Virus record (IMG/VR): IMGVR_UViG_3300012007_000672
Span: 4,808-68,807 of that record
Length of the DNA: 64,000 bases
DNA from: a virus
Taxonomy: Duplodnaviria; Caudoviricetes
Reading direction: 5' to 3' (one strand)
The notes beneath the pieces were generated by a model that did not search any database, had not been told where the DNA came from, and worked only from the letters and a program-made list of their open reading frames with translations. Below are positions 10,001 through 19,709 of this stretch, piece after piece (the stretch's first letter is position 1; every line of letters starts with the position of its first letter). The translations under genes and the position numbers were made by a program.

Positions 10001-10985
10001 CCGATGGAAGATCCCTGGCGGAATAGTTTACGTCTGATTCCGTTACGATGATCTTCCTGACAACAGGATCGCAGATATATTTCCCTAGGCTGGGGAAGAA
10101 GTCGAGCAGCCATCGGCGCTCGTGCTTATCAAGCCAGCCCGTCGATTTCTTGTATTTCCGCTTTACGTCCACACGATATTCAGAGCTCTCGTCGTCGATG
10201 GTCGCCACCTGGTGTTCGTGGCTGGCAGAGTTTTCAGAGTCACCGTAAGCCCTGAAGGTGTCGATGCCGCCTAGTGAATTTTCAAACATGAACCACGTCT
10301 CTTCCTCTGATTTTGCATCAGAAGCATAGTAACGCTGGATATAAGTCAGCCGCACGCCGTTCATATCCTCCACCCATACGTCATGATAAGAGTGGAGAGA
10401 ACCAACCATCCCAGATATCACCTGATAGCCCACAGGCACAGACCAACAGGTTCCGGCAGGAATGGATTTCAGCTGCAGATTATGTGAGTTGCCGTTCGAC
10501 ATATAGGCGCGGCACATCATCCTGCAGGCTACTGGTGCGTAATAAGTCAGGAACTCGGGCATGTAATAAGTGACAGGCTTCACGGTTGGCTGCCAGGTCA
10601 GGAAATTCTGAGTCAGGAAGTTTTCTGCGCTGTCAGCTAACGCACTGACTCCTGCCCTCAAGACCACGAAGGCAATGCTTCTCTCTGCCAAACTGCTCGA
10701 AAGCCCGATGGTGAAACTGCGGGCGATACGTGTCTGCTGGTACGGACGTGTCGGGTCTTCAGGAAATCCGAATGTCAGGTGAGCCTTGGCGATATCTTCC
10801 AGATTAACTTCTATTTGTCCGTCGGCATTCGCCTTGTAGGTATGCGTCACGATTGGCGACGATGCCTCCGCGGCACCAAGCCACACCTGCATTGTCACCT
10901 CTTCGTCCACATCCTCCACCTGCAGCACGAGGTGCTTCAGGTTGCCAAGCAGACTAAGTTGGTCCGGTTGTCTGTTAATGATCAT
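7014..10985 (-). CDS. Large tail protein (central tail tip / host-specificity type)
   Basis: 1323 aa, located between the tape measure/distal tail genes and the fibre, with a C-terminal coiled coil. Confidence 0.75.
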   Translation of the reverse strand: MIINRQPDQLSLLGNLKHLVLQVEDVDEEVTMQVWLGAAEASSPIVTHTYKANADGQIEVNLEDIAKAHLTFGFPEDPTRPYQQTRIARSFTIGLSSSLAERSIAFVVLRAGVSALADSAENFLTQNFLTWQPTVKPVTYYMPEFLTYYAPVACRMMCRAYMSNGNSHNLQLKSIPAGTCWSVPVGYQVISGMVGSLHSYHDVWVEDMNGVRLTYIQRYYASDAKSEEETWFMFENSLGGIDTFRAYGDSENSASHEHQVATIDDESSEYRVDVKRKYKKSTGWLDKHERRWLLDFFPSLGKYICDPVVRKIIVTESDVNYSARDLPSEYNFTYQYASTKPYLNLPRTDAQLHEMHIDIPDVASFTIAPRLVEFQRPLLSAGALFPVQNPYSEEWGATTLAELAGYLSDELLRLADFFGESHFLSRLHDDMAAGHITFRQGLTALHDVVFGAYSAGLRGGIITPEAKAELEELWVRVNATIGDGTRHEDQDGREVPALAVKGDSTFSHNLSSPEFVSAFLGGLGWAIRRNEYINSAGVVEYKYTLEIDNVNVRNILRVYEMIISQLRGENDNIYISGSMEVDHYDTETGIIYLKTGNGKLYNTFREGDLVEVQQYNGEPNTTNDYYVTKAYEMRVKEVGVGPLSDGEDRLDWITFENFSSQIEGLTPEVAIKAGDTVVRVDNDRDPDRKGIMTMMSVGSNTPYMDILYGLKTDPQRALKSRLGNLQGVRTDDFGWLKGFGIYTNYFYGTGEFHNAQTGESLTAKINTARTKHTSVYKETTYDISEDSNHVSNGFFVRELEDWMPCTTDGSPIAAQGHVGLLNTAGAPLMVNGQLLSVGSRQQAVLSEFDGVPVLKLNGAGVAQDFADMKANTTHKEMASAEGTAMNDVKDRLYMGIRILPVSEGTLKVEFLRQGALSEGWQRNITDTGAWMTIQAQDTEQAPWDFSGTGKMVVNYTGQCMIRFVALTNDPVESLRVDYITRVTQTARLWRVEAEATYATRTMHAELSVEAQRIATEVTNNKAASDRAKEAIEGRLGTLETFKNNTATWITQTSSTINLWAASFENDGSVKGLSQLRLDVNGLQTTVGTLATTAAVQGYVDSLNTRIDNANTAINNNATAISQTKSSITNIVAQFNSDGTLKTSSQLALYIQEHTSFIDIQADVIKFNFTKAWEVYSGTDKLMGLDTNGNLWIAGQYQNGLRITEDGIERWNNSKDEWCALYASRCVRAVTGATVYLNADDDFVLVPLVPNYTTTIFLPTGCPNNKTITIKTLGHTVNIRPLSNYKIYTDHYISSADEGQDLNNYDRTELILYEDTWFWNYLSI

Positions 10986-11043
10986 GCCTCTCTATTTTTT
11001 TTTCAACAAAGGTAGCAATGGTGGGGATGTTGTCAAAGGACAG

Positions 11044-13143
11044 CTATTTCCTGACACACTCAAGCCATACGGTAATTCTGTATATCGACATACCAATAGC
11101 CTCAAATATTCCACCGTCTCTGCTGGAGGTAGAACGCTCGCCCCATCTCTGTCCCACCCACTCAGGACCAGGCATTGGGGGGTATATCACCTTGAACGTG
11201 GCATCCTCTTCTTCCTCCGCAATTCCATGCGGATCAAAATCCACAGACATCTTGGCCACCCACTTGTAATCCGATGCCATGATGGGCAGCATACCCGTGA
11301 CGGTGGGAGCCGTATCGATATTTCCTTCCTCATCGTGGTATAGGCCGACTGTCAACAGTTCAGAGTCCAGCGGCTCATCCTTGCCTCCCAAGGTGAACTT
11401 CAGCTTATTTGGAAAGAACTCCACATTACGTATCGTCACTTTGCCGTAAGCCGGCAGGTTCTGCTTCTCCGACTGTGAGAGAAGCAGCTTCACCCTCATT
11501 TCCTGCAGGGAGTTTCTCAGCAACAGGTCGTAAGGGCGATAGAAACGCTCGAAGATGCCGCTTCCACCATTATACACCAGCGAGTAGTAGCAGAAAGTTG
11601 TAGTACTACGGTTCACCTGAACCTTTTCCACATTGTAGGTAGCGCCAAGGCGGATGGCACCAAAAGCCCAGGGAGTAATCGTGCCTGTTGCCCGTCCTTC
11701 AATGCTGACGCAGAACGCCAGCATCGGCATGGTCTTGGCGGCATCCTCCGTATCTTCCTCACCGTCGCTTTCAGCCAGCACCATTTTTGAGTTCACGCTA
11801 CGGTAGTTCCCTACATAAAGGAACCTTCCGAGATCAATCGTCTTCTGAGAGTCATCAAAGTCATAGGTGAAGCTCAGCATCCTGAATTCAGGGATACACT
11901 CAGGAACCGTTATCTCCTTGGGCTCCAGATTGCCCTCTCCGGTGTCGTAGGGCTGCGATGCCTCGCCGATCTTCACGCCTACACGGTTCACGCCCGACCA
12001 TCCGTCCTTGAAAAAGCAGCCTGTCACCTCGTCGAAGTAGGCTGTCGGCGAAGCCTTCGTCATTTCCTTGATATCGTCGTAGGTATTCTCCGCCTCGGCA
12101 TCAAGCGTCTTGTCCGCCTTCAGCACGATACGGCTGTATTCCTTGGCGGCCTTATAACTGATCGTCGGCTCCTCAACCATCCTGTCTGTCAGGTCCGCCT
12201 CCGGAGCTGACTCAATGATATCCTTCAGGAATACCACGGAAACGGTGCGCTCAGCCTCGTTGACGGCAAACTCACAGCAGAACTTCTTTCTGAAGAGTCC
12301 AAGCATGTCAGCTACACTAACATCCGGCACCAGATCCTGAACACAGATTTTCTTGTTTACAATCGTGTCGATGACATTGTTTAGCAATACCATCTTTGAG
12401 AAGGGTGAGGTGCTCTTGAAGAAATTATCGGCCAGTGTATAGCCGAAGTGCGAGAATATCCTCTCAACGACGTAGTTCGCACGGATGAACGGTGATATCC
12501 AGTAGCCGGGCTCCAGTGTGATGGACTTACCGTCAACGATCTCCGTGCGAACTACGTCGTTGTAGAATCGCGCTGTGGCCATGTCGGGATTCAGCATATA
12601 TGTATCTTCGGTCAGGCGCACTTGGGTGCCGTAGGCATTCACAATTTTATAGTTGAAGCCAGAGGTCTCTCCGGAGTCATCGGTCACCAGGATCGGGAAG
12701 ATCGAGAACCGGTGATCATCGTTAGAACGCAGGTTGGCGCAGAAGCTGATGGCTGCGCTCATGCTACTGAAGGTGATGATGTCTTCTGGTTGGTCAAATA
12801 CATCCTTCAGCTTGATGTTCTGAAGGCGGGAGTAGAACGATCCGTCGTTGATGTAGAACGAGGTCTGGATTGTACCTCTTCTGGTAGCCGACAAAACTGC
12901 CTGGCGGCACTGGGCATGAAATTCGCCGTCCTGAATCGACACGTCGGAGTTGATCATCTTCACCCTGCCACCGAAGAGATCGGGGAATCCCAGCAGCCGG
13001 CAGTTACGCGGTGATGCAGGGATATTCACCGGCACGGTCTGTTCCGCATAATCATTGAAGAAGGGGTTGGTGCGCTCCACTTCTATCTTGGTGTCGGGTA
13101 AAAGCTCGTAGGCTTCCCGATGGTTGAGATTGGTGATCTTCAT
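11044..13143 (-). CDS. Tail protein (distal tail / hub-like)
   Basis: 699 aa, directly downstream of the tape measure gene. Confidence 0.7.
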   Translation of the reverse strand: MKITNLNHREAYELLPDTKIEVERTNPFFNDYAEQTVPVNIPASPRNCRLLGFPDLFGGRVKMINSDVSIQDGEFHAQCRQAVLSATRRGTIQTSFYINDGSFYSRLQNIKLKDVFDQPEDIITFSSMSAAISFCANLRSNDDHRFSIFPILVTDDSGETSGFNYKIVNAYGTQVRLTEDTYMLNPDMATARFYNDVVRTEIVDGKSITLEPGYWISPFIRANYVVERIFSHFGYTLADNFFKSTSPFSKMVLLNNVIDTIVNKKICVQDLVPDVSVADMLGLFRKKFCCEFAVNEAERTVSVVFLKDIIESAPEADLTDRMVEEPTISYKAAKEYSRIVLKADKTLDAEAENTYDDIKEMTKASPTAYFDEVTGCFFKDGWSGVNRVGVKIGEASQPYDTGEGNLEPKEITVPECIPEFRMLSFTYDFDDSQKTIDLGRFLYVGNYRSVNSKMVLAESDGEEDTEDAAKTMPMLAFCVSIEGRATGTITPWAFGAIRLGATYNVEKVQVNRSTTTFCYYSLVYNGGSGIFERFYRPYDLLLRNSLQEMRVKLLLSQSEKQNLPAYGKVTIRNVEFFPNKLKFTLGGKDEPLDSELLTVGLYHDEEGNIDTAPTVTGMLPIMASDYKWVAKMSVDFDPHGIAEEEEDATFKVIYPPMPGPEWVGQRWGERSTSSRDGGIFEAIGMSIYRITVWLECVRK

Positions 13144-13148
13144 GATTT

Positions 13149-16100
13149 CTATCCTTTTTTTGCCAGGTTACGTGAACGGTTACGGACATTCTGCTTGGCG
13201 TCCCACTCGTCGAAGCCAAGGTAGGCTGGCACGCCGTCGCGGTCAATGCGCTCCAGGATATCTGCCAGCCGTTTCATGCTTGTCACGTCAGCCGCTGGGG
13301 CAGGGGTGAGGGATGGCAGGGGCGGGGGAGTGGAGATCGTACCGCCACCGGCATAGCCCTGAGCCTTCTGCCGGCGCAGGTATTTACTGAAATCGAAGGT
13401 GCGCAGCTGTCCGGAGCGCTGCACACGGTCAATCACATCGATAAACGGTGCTATCGTTGGATTCTCCACAGCCTCGTTGGAGGCGATCCACTCCTTCGGG
13501 CGCGGTCCTTCGCCGACGATCACTGTCGGTTGGTTAACGTAGCCCCGTTTCTTCGGGTCATATTTCGCATGGAATCGCTTGCCGTCCTGCTCACGCTCCA
13601 CGTCGAGCCATCCGCCCTCCTCGCGGCCAGTAGCCACACGTGCTCCGCCGCTGCCTGAAGAACCGGCACCGTTCAGGGTCATACGCTTCACCTTCTGGCG
13701 TTCAGCATTGGCTACAGCCAACTGGGCGATACCTGTCACAGAAAGCATGGCTGCAGCAATAGCTCCGCCAATAGGTCCAAGCTGGGCAAAAGCCGTCATG
13801 ATGGCCATCGCCGTGTTGGCAATGATCTCTGAGGCCTTGACTGCGAATTGCACGTCAGCATATTTCTTCTCGATCTTCAGCTTCTCGTTAGCCTTCTTGT
13901 TCTCCAGCTCCGTCGTATCCTTACCGGCTTTGCGGGCAGCATCAATCTCTGCATCATACTTGGCATCCACGTTAGCCATCTCGGCATCCATCAGGGCATT
14001 GACGGCATCGGAAAACAGCTGATGATAATAATCAAACGTCTGCTTCCAGTAATCCATCTTCAGCTGCTTCAGGGCCTGCTGATATTCCTCTTCGTTCAGA
14101 AGCCCTTCCTCGTATTGCTGCAGCAGTTGTTCCTTCTGTTGTTCATAAAGTTCTGCCTGGGTCACAAGGCCGTACTGCTGGCGAATCTGGAACTTTTCCT
14201 GCTCCAGTCTCTCGGTATAGTCCTTCTCCAGCCTCTCCTTGGCCTGCTGATAAGCCAGGTCTATACTGAGCAGTTCCTCGTTATGTTCCTGAGCGTACTG
14301 GAGAGAGGCCTTGTAATAGCCCTCAAGGGATTTCAGCTGCAGCTGGTGTTCGTACTCCATGCGCTCCACTCTGTTCATGCCGCCGTTCTCCAGCTGTTGC
14401 AGGTTATCCTGATATTTCTGATAGGCAACGGTACGGGCATTGTAACTGTCGTTCTCTGCCTTCAGGATGTTACGCTCCTGTTCGGTGATGGCAGCCTTAC
14501 GAAGATCAGCGCTGTTGAACTCCATCTGCATGATCTTCTCCAGATAGGCTTTCTCCGTTGCCACCTGCTGATCTGTCTGTGCCACCTGCAGGTTGGCCAT
14601 GATGGCGTCGAACTGCTCCTGCGATATCTGTTTGTCGGCCAACTGTTTCTTGTAGATTCGGACGCTTTCCTCGTAGAAATACTTCTGCTCATCGAGTTCC
14701 TTCTGCCGTGCCTGTTTCAGCGCCTTCATGCGCTCACGGTCCTCGGCTGCTGAAGTATCCTTGGCTTTTTTCGCCTTCTGGGGCTTATCCGACGATGGGG
14801 TGGGGGATTCGGGATTTGAATCAGGTAAAGGTACAGATGAACCACCGCCACCGCTATCAAACGACGGGGCTGTGATATGGCCGTCCACCACGTCGTGGAA
14901 GCCCTTGATAAGACTGCTGCCCCAAGTGTTGCCCAGTTTCTCGAAATTCCTCCATTGTTCCTTCATGCCCGACCATGCGTCTGTGAAGATGCCAGTGAAG
15001 CCTTCCTTGATCTTGCCGAAGTCCAAGGTAAAGACACCTTCTACCATCTTGCCAAGATTAAGGATCTGCTTGCCGATGGTCTTCAGGGCTGTTATAGTAA
15101 AATTGGCTCCGAACTTGATGACAGCCCAGAGAATTTTGAAATGGGAGGTGAGTACAGCCACTCCAGCCCTCACGGTTGCAGACGAGTTATACAAATCTAC
15201 GAATCCGGCTATGCCCTGCTTGAAAGCCCTGACAAGATAGGTGAAGAACCTGAGTGCCGCCACCTGGATCGTCTGCCACATGCTGCTTCCCTTCTCCGCC
15301 AACGGCAGCATCTCGTCGCCCAGTTCCTTCTGTGCGTTCTGCACTTCGGTGACGGCACGTTTCTCGCGCTCCGCGGCATCCTCGTAGTGCTCGCCCTGCG
15401 CTGCCAGCTGCTGCTCGATGATGCGGCCCACGGCTGTGGCCATGTCGCCGCCCTTGGCCATCTCCTCCTTGATCTGGGCTGCGGAGATACCAAGGTTGTC
15501 CAGGATCATCGGTGACTTGCGCCCTAGACCAGTAATGATTGATTCGGTCATATAATCCACCGACTGGCCAGTCTGTGATGCCTTCAGCTGGGCGAACTCC
15601 AGATACTTGCCCAGCTGATCGAGCGGCAGGCGGAAGTCCTTGGCCTTTACGGCTGCCTTCATCAGCTCCACGTCGTTCACGGTACCATGGGTGGCCTCGC
15701 GCAGATTATCCAGGATATCGGGGCGGTTCAGCCGCTCGAAGGCGTGGGTGATACCGTCGGCACTCTTGGCCATCTCGATGCCCTCGTTCACCATCTCCTT
15801 GGTCTTTGAAATGGCTGTGCCTGCCAGACCAACAACGATATCAAGTCCTTTTGATACGACACCGATAATACCAGAGCCCATCAGAAAACCCAGATTAGTC
15901 TTTGAGAGAAATATCTCTTTCAAACTAGTGGCACTGCCTCTCAGTTCTGCCATTCTGCCCTGAACTTCCTTCAGCTTGTTGGCATATTCCGCATAGGCCT
16001 CAGGCTCTAATTCCTTAGACGTACTGTCCAATTGCTTCTGAAGCAACTTGGCTTCGTTGCGAAGCTGCGACATCGTCATGGCATTCGTACCTAGAGTCTT

Positions 16101-16358
16101 GGTGAGCGACAGGAGATTTGCATTCTCGTCAGCAATCGCTTGGGTGTTTTTGACGATCTTTCTGGTCAGTTCCGCATACTCTTTCGACTCAGTAAGGTGT
16201 GCCGCTTTAAAGGCCGCCTGCTGCTCCAGGAGGTTTTTACGCTCTTTTTCCAGATCTTTAAGACTCTTGTTGGTTTTATGAATCTCTTGCTGGATCTTGG
16301 AGGTGTCGGCTTCTACGATCAATTTTAAGACATCCTCTGAAACTTTACCTTTTGCCAT
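13149..16358 (-). CDS. Tail tape measure protein
   Basis: 1069 aa, coiled-coil and Ala/Gly-rich, hydrophobic segments, LGRKSPMILDNLGI motif, C-terminal GYAGGG. Confidence 0.9.
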   Translation of the reverse strand: MAKGKVSEDVLKLIVEADTSKIQQEIHKTNKSLKDLEKERKNLLEQQAAFKAAHLTESKEYAELTRKIVKNTQAIADENANLLSLTKTLGTNAMTMSQLRNEAKLLQKQLDSTSKELEPEAYAEYANKLKEVQGRMAELRGSATSLKEIFLSKTNLGFLMGSGIIGVVSKGLDIVVGLAGTAISKTKEMVNEGIEMAKSADGITHAFERLNRPDILDNLREATHGTVNDVELMKAAVKAKDFRLPLDQLGKYLEFAQLKASQTGQSVDYMTESIITGLGRKSPMILDNLGISAAQIKEEMAKGGDMATAVGRIIEQQLAAQGEHYEDAAEREKRAVTEVQNAQKELGDEMLPLAEKGSSMWQTIQVAALRFFTYLVRAFKQGIAGFVDLYNSSATVRAGVAVLTSHFKILWAVIKFGANFTITALKTIGKQILNLGKMVEGVFTLDFGKIKEGFTGIFTDAWSGMKEQWRNFEKLGNTWGSSLIKGFHDVVDGHITAPSFDSGGGGSSVPLPDSNPESPTPSSDKPQKAKKAKDTSAAEDRERMKALKQARQKELDEQKYFYEESVRIYKKQLADKQISQEQFDAIMANLQVAQTDQQVATEKAYLEKIMQMEFNSADLRKAAITEQERNILKAENDSYNARTVAYQKYQDNLQQLENGGMNRVERMEYEHQLQLKSLEGYYKASLQYAQEHNEELLSIDLAYQQAKERLEKDYTERLEQEKFQIRQQYGLVTQAELYEQQKEQLLQQYEEGLLNEEEYQQALKQLKMDYWKQTFDYYHQLFSDAVNALMDAEMANVDAKYDAEIDAARKAGKDTTELENKKANEKLKIEKKYADVQFAVKASEIIANTAMAIMTAFAQLGPIGGAIAAAMLSVTGIAQLAVANAERQKVKRMTLNGAGSSGSGGARVATGREEGGWLDVEREQDGKRFHAKYDPKKRGYVNQPTVIVGEGPRPKEWIASNEAVENPTIAPFIDVIDRVQRSGQLRTFDFSKYLRRQKAQGYAGGGTISTPPPLPSLTPAPAADVTSMKRLADILERIDRDGVPAYLGFDEWDAKQNVRNRSRNLAKKG

Positions 16359-16419
16359 AAAAAATACCTTTGCTTTTTCGGCAAAGGTACTTATTTATAA
16401 TATACAGGCAAAGGACGCT

Positions 16420-16629
16420 CTATGCGTAGCTGCCGTCTTTCTTGTATATTCTGGAATAAAGACCGTTGAATATCTGGGCAGTGATGAGTTTGTAGAACGG
16501 GATTCCGAGGATGGGTGTCCAAACCATGCAAGAACAATAGTATGCTACCTTCATGATCCAAAAGTCGCTGTTGCTGACATATCTTCGTCTCAACAGGAAT
16601 GCTATTATTATGGAAATCATAAAGATCAT
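16420..16629 (-). CDS. Small membrane protein (moron)
   Basis: 69 aa with two hydrophobic stretches, AT-rich, own TAnnTTTG box upstream. Confidence 0.5.
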   Translation of the reverse strand: MIFMISIIIAFLLRRRYVSNSDFWIMKVAYYCSCMVWTPILGIPFYKLITAQIFNGLYSRIYKKDGSYA

Positions 16630-16803
16630 ACTCTTTCGTTTTTAATTATTGAACTTCTTTTCTACTGCAAATATAAGCAATTTCCGCTTAATGTGCAAGG
16701 GGGAAATCCCTATTTTTCACGGAAACCGCCAATATCCGAAGAAATAAGCCGATTCAAACCTGCTTATTTATCAATTGCCATGCGGAGGTAGCAAAAAGAA
16801 TAT

Positions 16804-17091
16804 CTAAATTGTCTCAATAGCATTTTGTATTCCCATCCTGATAATTAGTTGTACATCGTCATTTGCATTGACAATTTTGATGTTGGAGTAAAACACTTCA
16901 GGGTTTAGCTCTAGGTATAATTTCCCAAATATCTGTTTAGCACAGAATGTAGCCATGGTAACAATATCTTTAAAATCAATTGTTACGACTTCTGATTCTG
17001 GTTTCATCTGCTTGATGCTGTCATAAATCTGCTGGCCTGTCTCTTTGTCCCTTATGACAGGAGCGTATTGTGATAATGATATAGTACCCAT
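16804..17091 (-). CDS. STAS-like domain protein (DUF4325-like)
   Basis: 95 aa, VTIDFKDIVTMATFCAKQIFGKL pattern. Confidence 0.75.
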   Translation of the reverse strand: MGTISLSQYAPVIRDKETGQQIYDSIKQMKPESEVVTIDFKDIVTMATFCAKQIFGKLYLELNPEVFYSNIKIVNANDDVQLIIRMGIQNAIETI

Positions 17092-17099
17092 AAATGTAA

Positions 17100-18020
17100 T
17101 TATTTAAAATTGATTCTTATTGATCTGTCATAAACCATGCCAGGAATATCCTTCAGCGTATAAGGATGCGAGAGAGGGAGGTTTACATATACTATAGTTC
17201 CTTTCCAGAACGAACATTGTCCGGATGTGATTTTCCCGTGTTTATTGAAAAAATAAGCCCCTTCTGAGAATATGTAAAACAACCCATTTGTCAATGTTGC
17301 CAATTGGTTGACAATCCATAGTCCAAACCCCATATGATTAGAAGCTGCCTTTGACGTTACGCCTTTTTTTGTCGCTTTTTCAATGAGTTTCTCTTTCTTT
17401 CTTATATTCGGATACATATTTGTAAGCGAGGAAATTACGCCGACTCCAGTGTCTGCGCATGATATCTCAATTTTTCTTCTATTTCCAGATACCACCATTA
17501 CCGATTGGGTATCCATTACAGCGTGTTCCTTGAAATTAAGCGAAATCTCTCCGATGACTGTCATTGCCATAGAGACAATCTTGGGATCGTTCTTGAAGAA
17601 GTTCTCGATTTTAGGAGTCATCCTGTCTTTTTCGCTAACATTACTATCTCTTGAAAGAACTATTGGTGCAAAGAAAAAACTATCGCCATTTTCCTGATAA
17701 TCAAGTTTTCGATAGTCAATGTCCTTGGAATATATGAAAGCATTCAGCAGGTTTTGGAAACCTGATTCTCTCAATTTCTCTTTTACATAGGGATTCGTTA
17801 TAAGATAAGGACTGAAGAAACAATCGTTCTTCGTCGTAAACTCGACATATTTATATATGAGAAGCTGGCCGAATATGTCTATCTCGTTAACCATATCCAA
17901 AGACAACTTAACATCAGGGATCCTATATCCCTTAATGTAGAAAATGTCTTCGGCCATTCTCAAAAACTGCAAAGCGCCGCCTACATTCAATTGCTTTGGA
18001 ACACTATAGAGTTTATTCAC
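17100..18020 (-). CDS. HATPase_c (GHKL) ATP-binding protein with STAS-like N-terminus
   Basis: EISLNFKEH (N box), ISCADTGVG (G1), GVTSK...GFGLW (G2), KGTIVYVNLP. Confidence 0.85.
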   Translation of the reverse strand: MNKLYSVPKQLNVGGALQFLRMAEDIFYIKGYRIPDVKLSLDMVNEIDIFGQLLIYKYVEFTTKNDCFFSPYLITNPYVKEKLRESGFQNLLNAFIYSKDIDYRKLDYQENGDSFFFAPIVLSRDSNVSEKDRMTPKIENFFKNDPKIVSMAMTVIGEISLNFKEHAVMDTQSVMVVSGNRRKIEISCADTGVGVISSLTNMYPNIRKKEKLIEKATKKGVTSKAASNHMGFGLWIVNQLATLTNGLFYIFSEGAYFFNKHGKITSGQCSFWKGTIVYVNLPLSHPYTLKDIPGMVYDRSIRINFK

Positions 18021-18510
18021 TTAAATATTCAATGAGTACGTCCTTCATCCTTTTCTCAGTTTGCAAATTGATATTTGCAGGCTTCCCGTATATCTCTTTC
18101 AAATAATCACTGTACCTAATGACTTCAGCGTATATCACTTTGGGAAGTATTAGCTGATTTGCATCTGCTGTTGAAACAATTTTGTTCACCTTTTGCAAGT
18201 CAACCTCCTCAGATCTAATTGAGATAATAACTTTGTATAATTCAGTCAGGATCTTTCTCTTCTCCTTTGCTTTGTCTTCGCGTTCACTGATCATGTAAGT
18301 TACATAGATGGCTATAATAGAGAGTATCACTGAATATACCCCGCCGATATAATCACCAAAGGTGCCCCAGTCTGTTGGATCTTTACTGAATCCATAGCTG
18401 TAGAATCTTATGATATAAGCAATGACAGGAATGATACAGGCAACAATAGCCAACAACAACAGCCATTTTCTTTTTATCCAGTTCTTGCAAAGATTTAAAT
18501 CACATTTCAT
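18013..18510 (-). CDS. Membrane protein with two N-terminal TM helices
   Basis: WGTFGDYIGG motif between hydrophobic helices; overlaps the next gene by 8 bp. Confidence 0.8.
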   Translation of the reverse strand: MKCDLNLCKNWIKRKWLLLLAIVACIIPVIAYIIRFYSYGFSKDPTDWGTFGDYIGGVYSVILSIIAIYVTYMISEREDKAKEKRKILTELYKVIISIRSEEVDLQKVNKIVSTADANQLILPKVIYAEVIRYSDYLKEIYGKPANINLQTEKRMKDVLIEYLSE

Positions 18511-18645
18511 ATCTTTTTTTTTGCAAAAGTAGTCATTTTATCCTAAGTGCTACAATTACTTTGCATTAATTAAGAAAAAAAAGATATAGATTGCATATTT
18601 CGCACCGTTTCCGTTTCTTTCCAATTCTCCACGGACTGGAGAGTA

Positions 18646-19029
18646 TTACGGATTAAGGGCGTGCTCCAGCTGCTGGCGGATATGGCTGCGCACCTCGTCG
18701 GTAAGGCCGTACTTCAGCTCGGGGTACACCTCCTTGTAGAGGATCGGCCACACAACCTTGTTGTAGAGCTTCATCTTACCCTTGCGCCCGCTCTTGCGCC
18801 GGTACTGGATGTCGAGGAAGCGCAGGTGCAGCGGTATGAAGTAGTGTACCGAATAGCTGCTGCTGGTGATCTGCGTCTGGGTGTTGGGATTGTCGGCAAA
18901 GCGGAGCAACTGTCCCGAGCGCACCTGGAGTGGCGCTACTGCAGAGCGCCAGGCCTCGCGGAGCTTCTCCGTGCCTTCCTTCATCGTCTCGTGAACGAAC
19001 TTCTTCCTGATCAGCGAATCTGTTACCAT
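18646..19029 (-). CDS. Hypothetical phage protein (possible neck/tail completion)
   Basis: ORF from MVTDSL with GC-rich phage codon usage. Confidence 0.65.
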   Translation of the reverse strand: MVTDSLIRKKFVHETMKEGTEKLREAWRSAVAPLQVRSGQLLRFADNPNTQTQITSSSYSVHYFIPLHLRFLDIQYRRKSGRKGKMKLYNKVVWPILYKEVYPELKYGLTDEVRSHIRQQLEHALNP

Positions 19030-19133
19030 GATGCAAAGATACATATCCGGGATGAAAGAACAAAGGACGGCGCACTGTCACAGCGGGCCGTCCTGAAAAA
19101 AAGCTTAAGAAAACCACATCAGAGTGGGGATTG

Positions 19134-19433
19134 TCATTCTTTAGCACGCATCATCCAGCGGAACTGCAACCCCTGGGTGCCTGGCTTAGCGCCGAAAGTA
19201 AAGCCTTCCTGAAGAAGTGCCTGATACACCTGCTCCCTGCTTACATTGGCAGCGGGATCGATATCCTTGATGGCATCCACCACATCGTCTGTAGAGAGCC
19301 AGTGGGTGGCGTCTTTAGGCGAGTTTGCCGGTTCATAGCTACTCTGGAGGGCGGATATGAATCGGCTGATATCTACAGGCTGAGTCTGCTTCTGAGGCTC
19401 CTGCCCCTTGGTCTTGTCTTTATTCATACGCAT
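19134..19433 (-). CDS. Hypothetical protein (winged-helix-like)
   Basis: 99 aa ORF, WLSTDDV...LLQEGF pattern. Confidence 0.7.
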   Translation of the reverse strand: MRMNKDKTKGQEPQKQTQPVDISRFISALQSSYEPANSPKDATHWLSTDDVVDAIKDIDPAANVSREQVYQALLQEGFTFGAKPGTQGLQFRWMMRAKE

Positions 19434-19452
19434 AATCTTTAATTAATAATAA

Positions 19453-19698
19453 CTATTCTTCTAACGTAGCCTGCTGCAGACTAACGACGAGGGAGCGCAC
19501 GTTGCGTACGCAGTTCAGCATACCAAGCGTCTTCCGTGGATCATCGGGATGCTCAAAGAGCACGTCGGTAACCTCATCGAGAGTCTCTACCTGGATGGTA
19601 TTGGTATCAGTATCCAGAAATGGCAAAACATGCTTTGCCTGACTGTCATCTATTACAATCTTACTCATATTATTATTCTTTTCTGGAGAGGGAATCAT
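19453..19698 (-). CDS. Hypothetical protein
   Basis: ORF in operon 20495-19134; the start may be MSKIVID. Confidence 0.55.
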   Translation of the reverse strand: MIPSPEKNNNMSKIVIDDSQAKHVLPFLDTDTNTIQVETLDEVTDVLFEHPDDPRKTLGMLNCVRNVRSLVVSLQQATLEE

Positions 19699-19709
19699 AG
19701 CCTATTCTC

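Noticed and set aside
3930-10985. Diversity-generating retroelement acting on the tail genes
   Set aside because: No reverse transcriptase and no TR/VR pair differing at adenines is visible; the cassettes are too divergent to be TR/VR copies
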